From contig NW_024704743.1 in the NCBI RefSeq assembly GCF_018977255.1, positions 111,540,001 through 111,604,000 on the forward strand: a stretch of 64,000 bases of DNA, read 5' to 3'. A program made the translations under genes and the position numbers. Numbering within the stretch: position 1 is the stretch's first letter; every line of letters starts with the position of its first letter. Positions 62,461 to 64,000 of this stretch are shown here, piece by piece. Under the pieces are notes generated by a model. That model was given only the letters and a program-made list of their open reading frames with translations, made no database searches and was not told the DNA's origin. The DNA is from Callorhinchus milii (taxonomy: Eukaryota).

Positions 62461-63759
62461 TGAGAGCCTATCTGACAATGTGATAAGGCGCTGTATCAAA
62501 TCCTGCTTATATAATTCCTGAAAGTAGTAGATGTAGCTTGGCAAGAGCCAAGGCTTGAGGATGCTGCATTGTAACTCTCAATACACATGGTTATTATACG
62601 TTTTGCCCAACTCGCATAACAGATCCCACTGTATACGCAATTTAATGCAATTCCTCAGTATTCTTTCACAAAGTATGGCGCAGTAGACTCAATTGGCCTA
62701 ACGATTGAGGGTCGAACAAGACACCGTGTACATAAATACAGTGCACATAAATATTATAAATAGGAACACATGTCTTTTTTTAAGGCTATATCCTAAATTT
62801 GCAGGTTGCCATATCACTGGAATGACCTCTTTTAAGCTGGTATCCCATGAAACAGCACTAAAATTTTACACTACTGCCTTGAAACTCTAATGATTAACAA
62901 GCTAGTCCTAAAACTATAAGTATAGGTATATTAATATAGGCAGAGTGATTATTGTTCTGCTACACAATGGGGTCAAAAAAGAAGGTTCCCAACTGGATTC
63001 ACTAATAGCAACTGTTAATGGAAAATGCTGCCAGTAACTAGCAGTACCTCAAATAAGCAACTCCCAGGACACAAACGCCAAAGTGTCAGGAGACCACAGA
63101 GTTCAAGCAAATCCTCTGTGACCTGCTGCTGATTACCACCAAGATTCCCAATGAGGAACTCTTGAACCATTAATGAATTAATGAAATCTGCTATTTTTCT
63201 ACCCCACTGACTTATTTTGCAAAATTGATTGAATGGTTATATCTATCAGAATTTTTTTGCCATTGTACTAATTCTGCGTACCAAACCATAATTACATTTA
63301 AAAATCAAGTTCAAACTGTAAAATATTCGAAGTCATCTCACTTGTAGTATTTCTTACCCTGATCCCTTGATGAGAAATCTCATTAGAATTCCCTTCAAGC
63401 CACGAGAAACTCCACTCCAGAAGTAGACTGTGTTTGAGAGGAGTTCCCACGGGTCAGTGTAACGTATTGCCCATTAACCAAAGAAGACCCCATTTGTGTG
63501 ACTCACGATTCCTTATTAAGGTATCATAGTGAGAAATTTTCCACATAAAATACAGTCAATTCACTTTATAGTATAGTGCTTTGAGACATCTCAAAGACCT
63601 GATAAGACGCTTTATCAAATGCAAGGATTATTATTTTTAATAAATACCATGAAATAGACCCCACTGTCTCAGCATCAGTGCTAGAAAACTGCATAAACAT
63701 GCATTTGTTTGTGTTGATTTTCTTTTCCTGTGGGATGTAAATATTTAAAAATCAAATAC

Positions 63760-63913
63760 CTGTTGCTGTAACGTTTCCACCTGCTCTCTGGTATTGGCCA
63801 GGTCTAATTCCAGTTTGTGGCTTGCTTGCTGGTGTTTTAACATTTCCTGTAGTGTTTTCTGCTGCTCTTGCTTTGTTACATTTAGCTCATTTTTCAGCTT
63901 CTCCCATAGCTCC
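63760..63913 (-). CDS. PMFBP1: Coiled-coil gene (PMFBP1-like), first coding exon visible in the window (154 nt, phase 2-0): ELWEKLKNELNVTKQEQQKTLQEMLKHQQASHKLELDLANTREQVETLQQQ
   Basis: Acceptor ttttgcctag|G, donor CAG|gtattt, open heptad-rich frame. Upstream exons are outside the window. Confidence 0.85.
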
Positions 63914-64000
63914 CTAGGCAAAAGTATAGTAGAGAGAAAAATTGAGACAATAGTTTTCAGTGCTTAGTAAAATTATTCTTTTATCCAATATTCCTATTAT

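Overview
Eukaryotic (vertebrate) genomic DNA, AT-rich and repeat-dense. The repeat set (tRNA-Ala/Deu-domain SINEs, SacSINE1-like DeuSINEs, L2, CR1, Penelope) points by inference to a cartilaginous fish, probably a chimaera/elephant shark. The window holds the last 12 coding exons of one minus-strand gene (63913 down to the stop codon at 4140; 636 aa reconstructed by hand, all junctions GT-AG and phase-consistent). It encodes a long coiled-coil protein most similar to PMFBP1, and the 5' exons lie beyond the right edge. Five consecutive exons are exactly 168 nt (56 aa, 8 heptads), phase 0-0. The introns contain a 2.8-kb decayed L2 nested in a DeuSINE, many L2/CR1 3' fragments, at least 11 copies of a composite tRNA-Ala SINE in long and short forms, and several MITE-like elements. 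The most unusual structure is a ~240-bp inverted duplication of intron DNA inserted inside an L2 fragment (8436-9232). Most ORFs in the supplied track are spurious or come from retroelement remnants. I see no prokaryote-type system (CRISPR, operon, phage) and no clear new multi-gene system. Repeat family names come from remembered consensus features, not from database searches.
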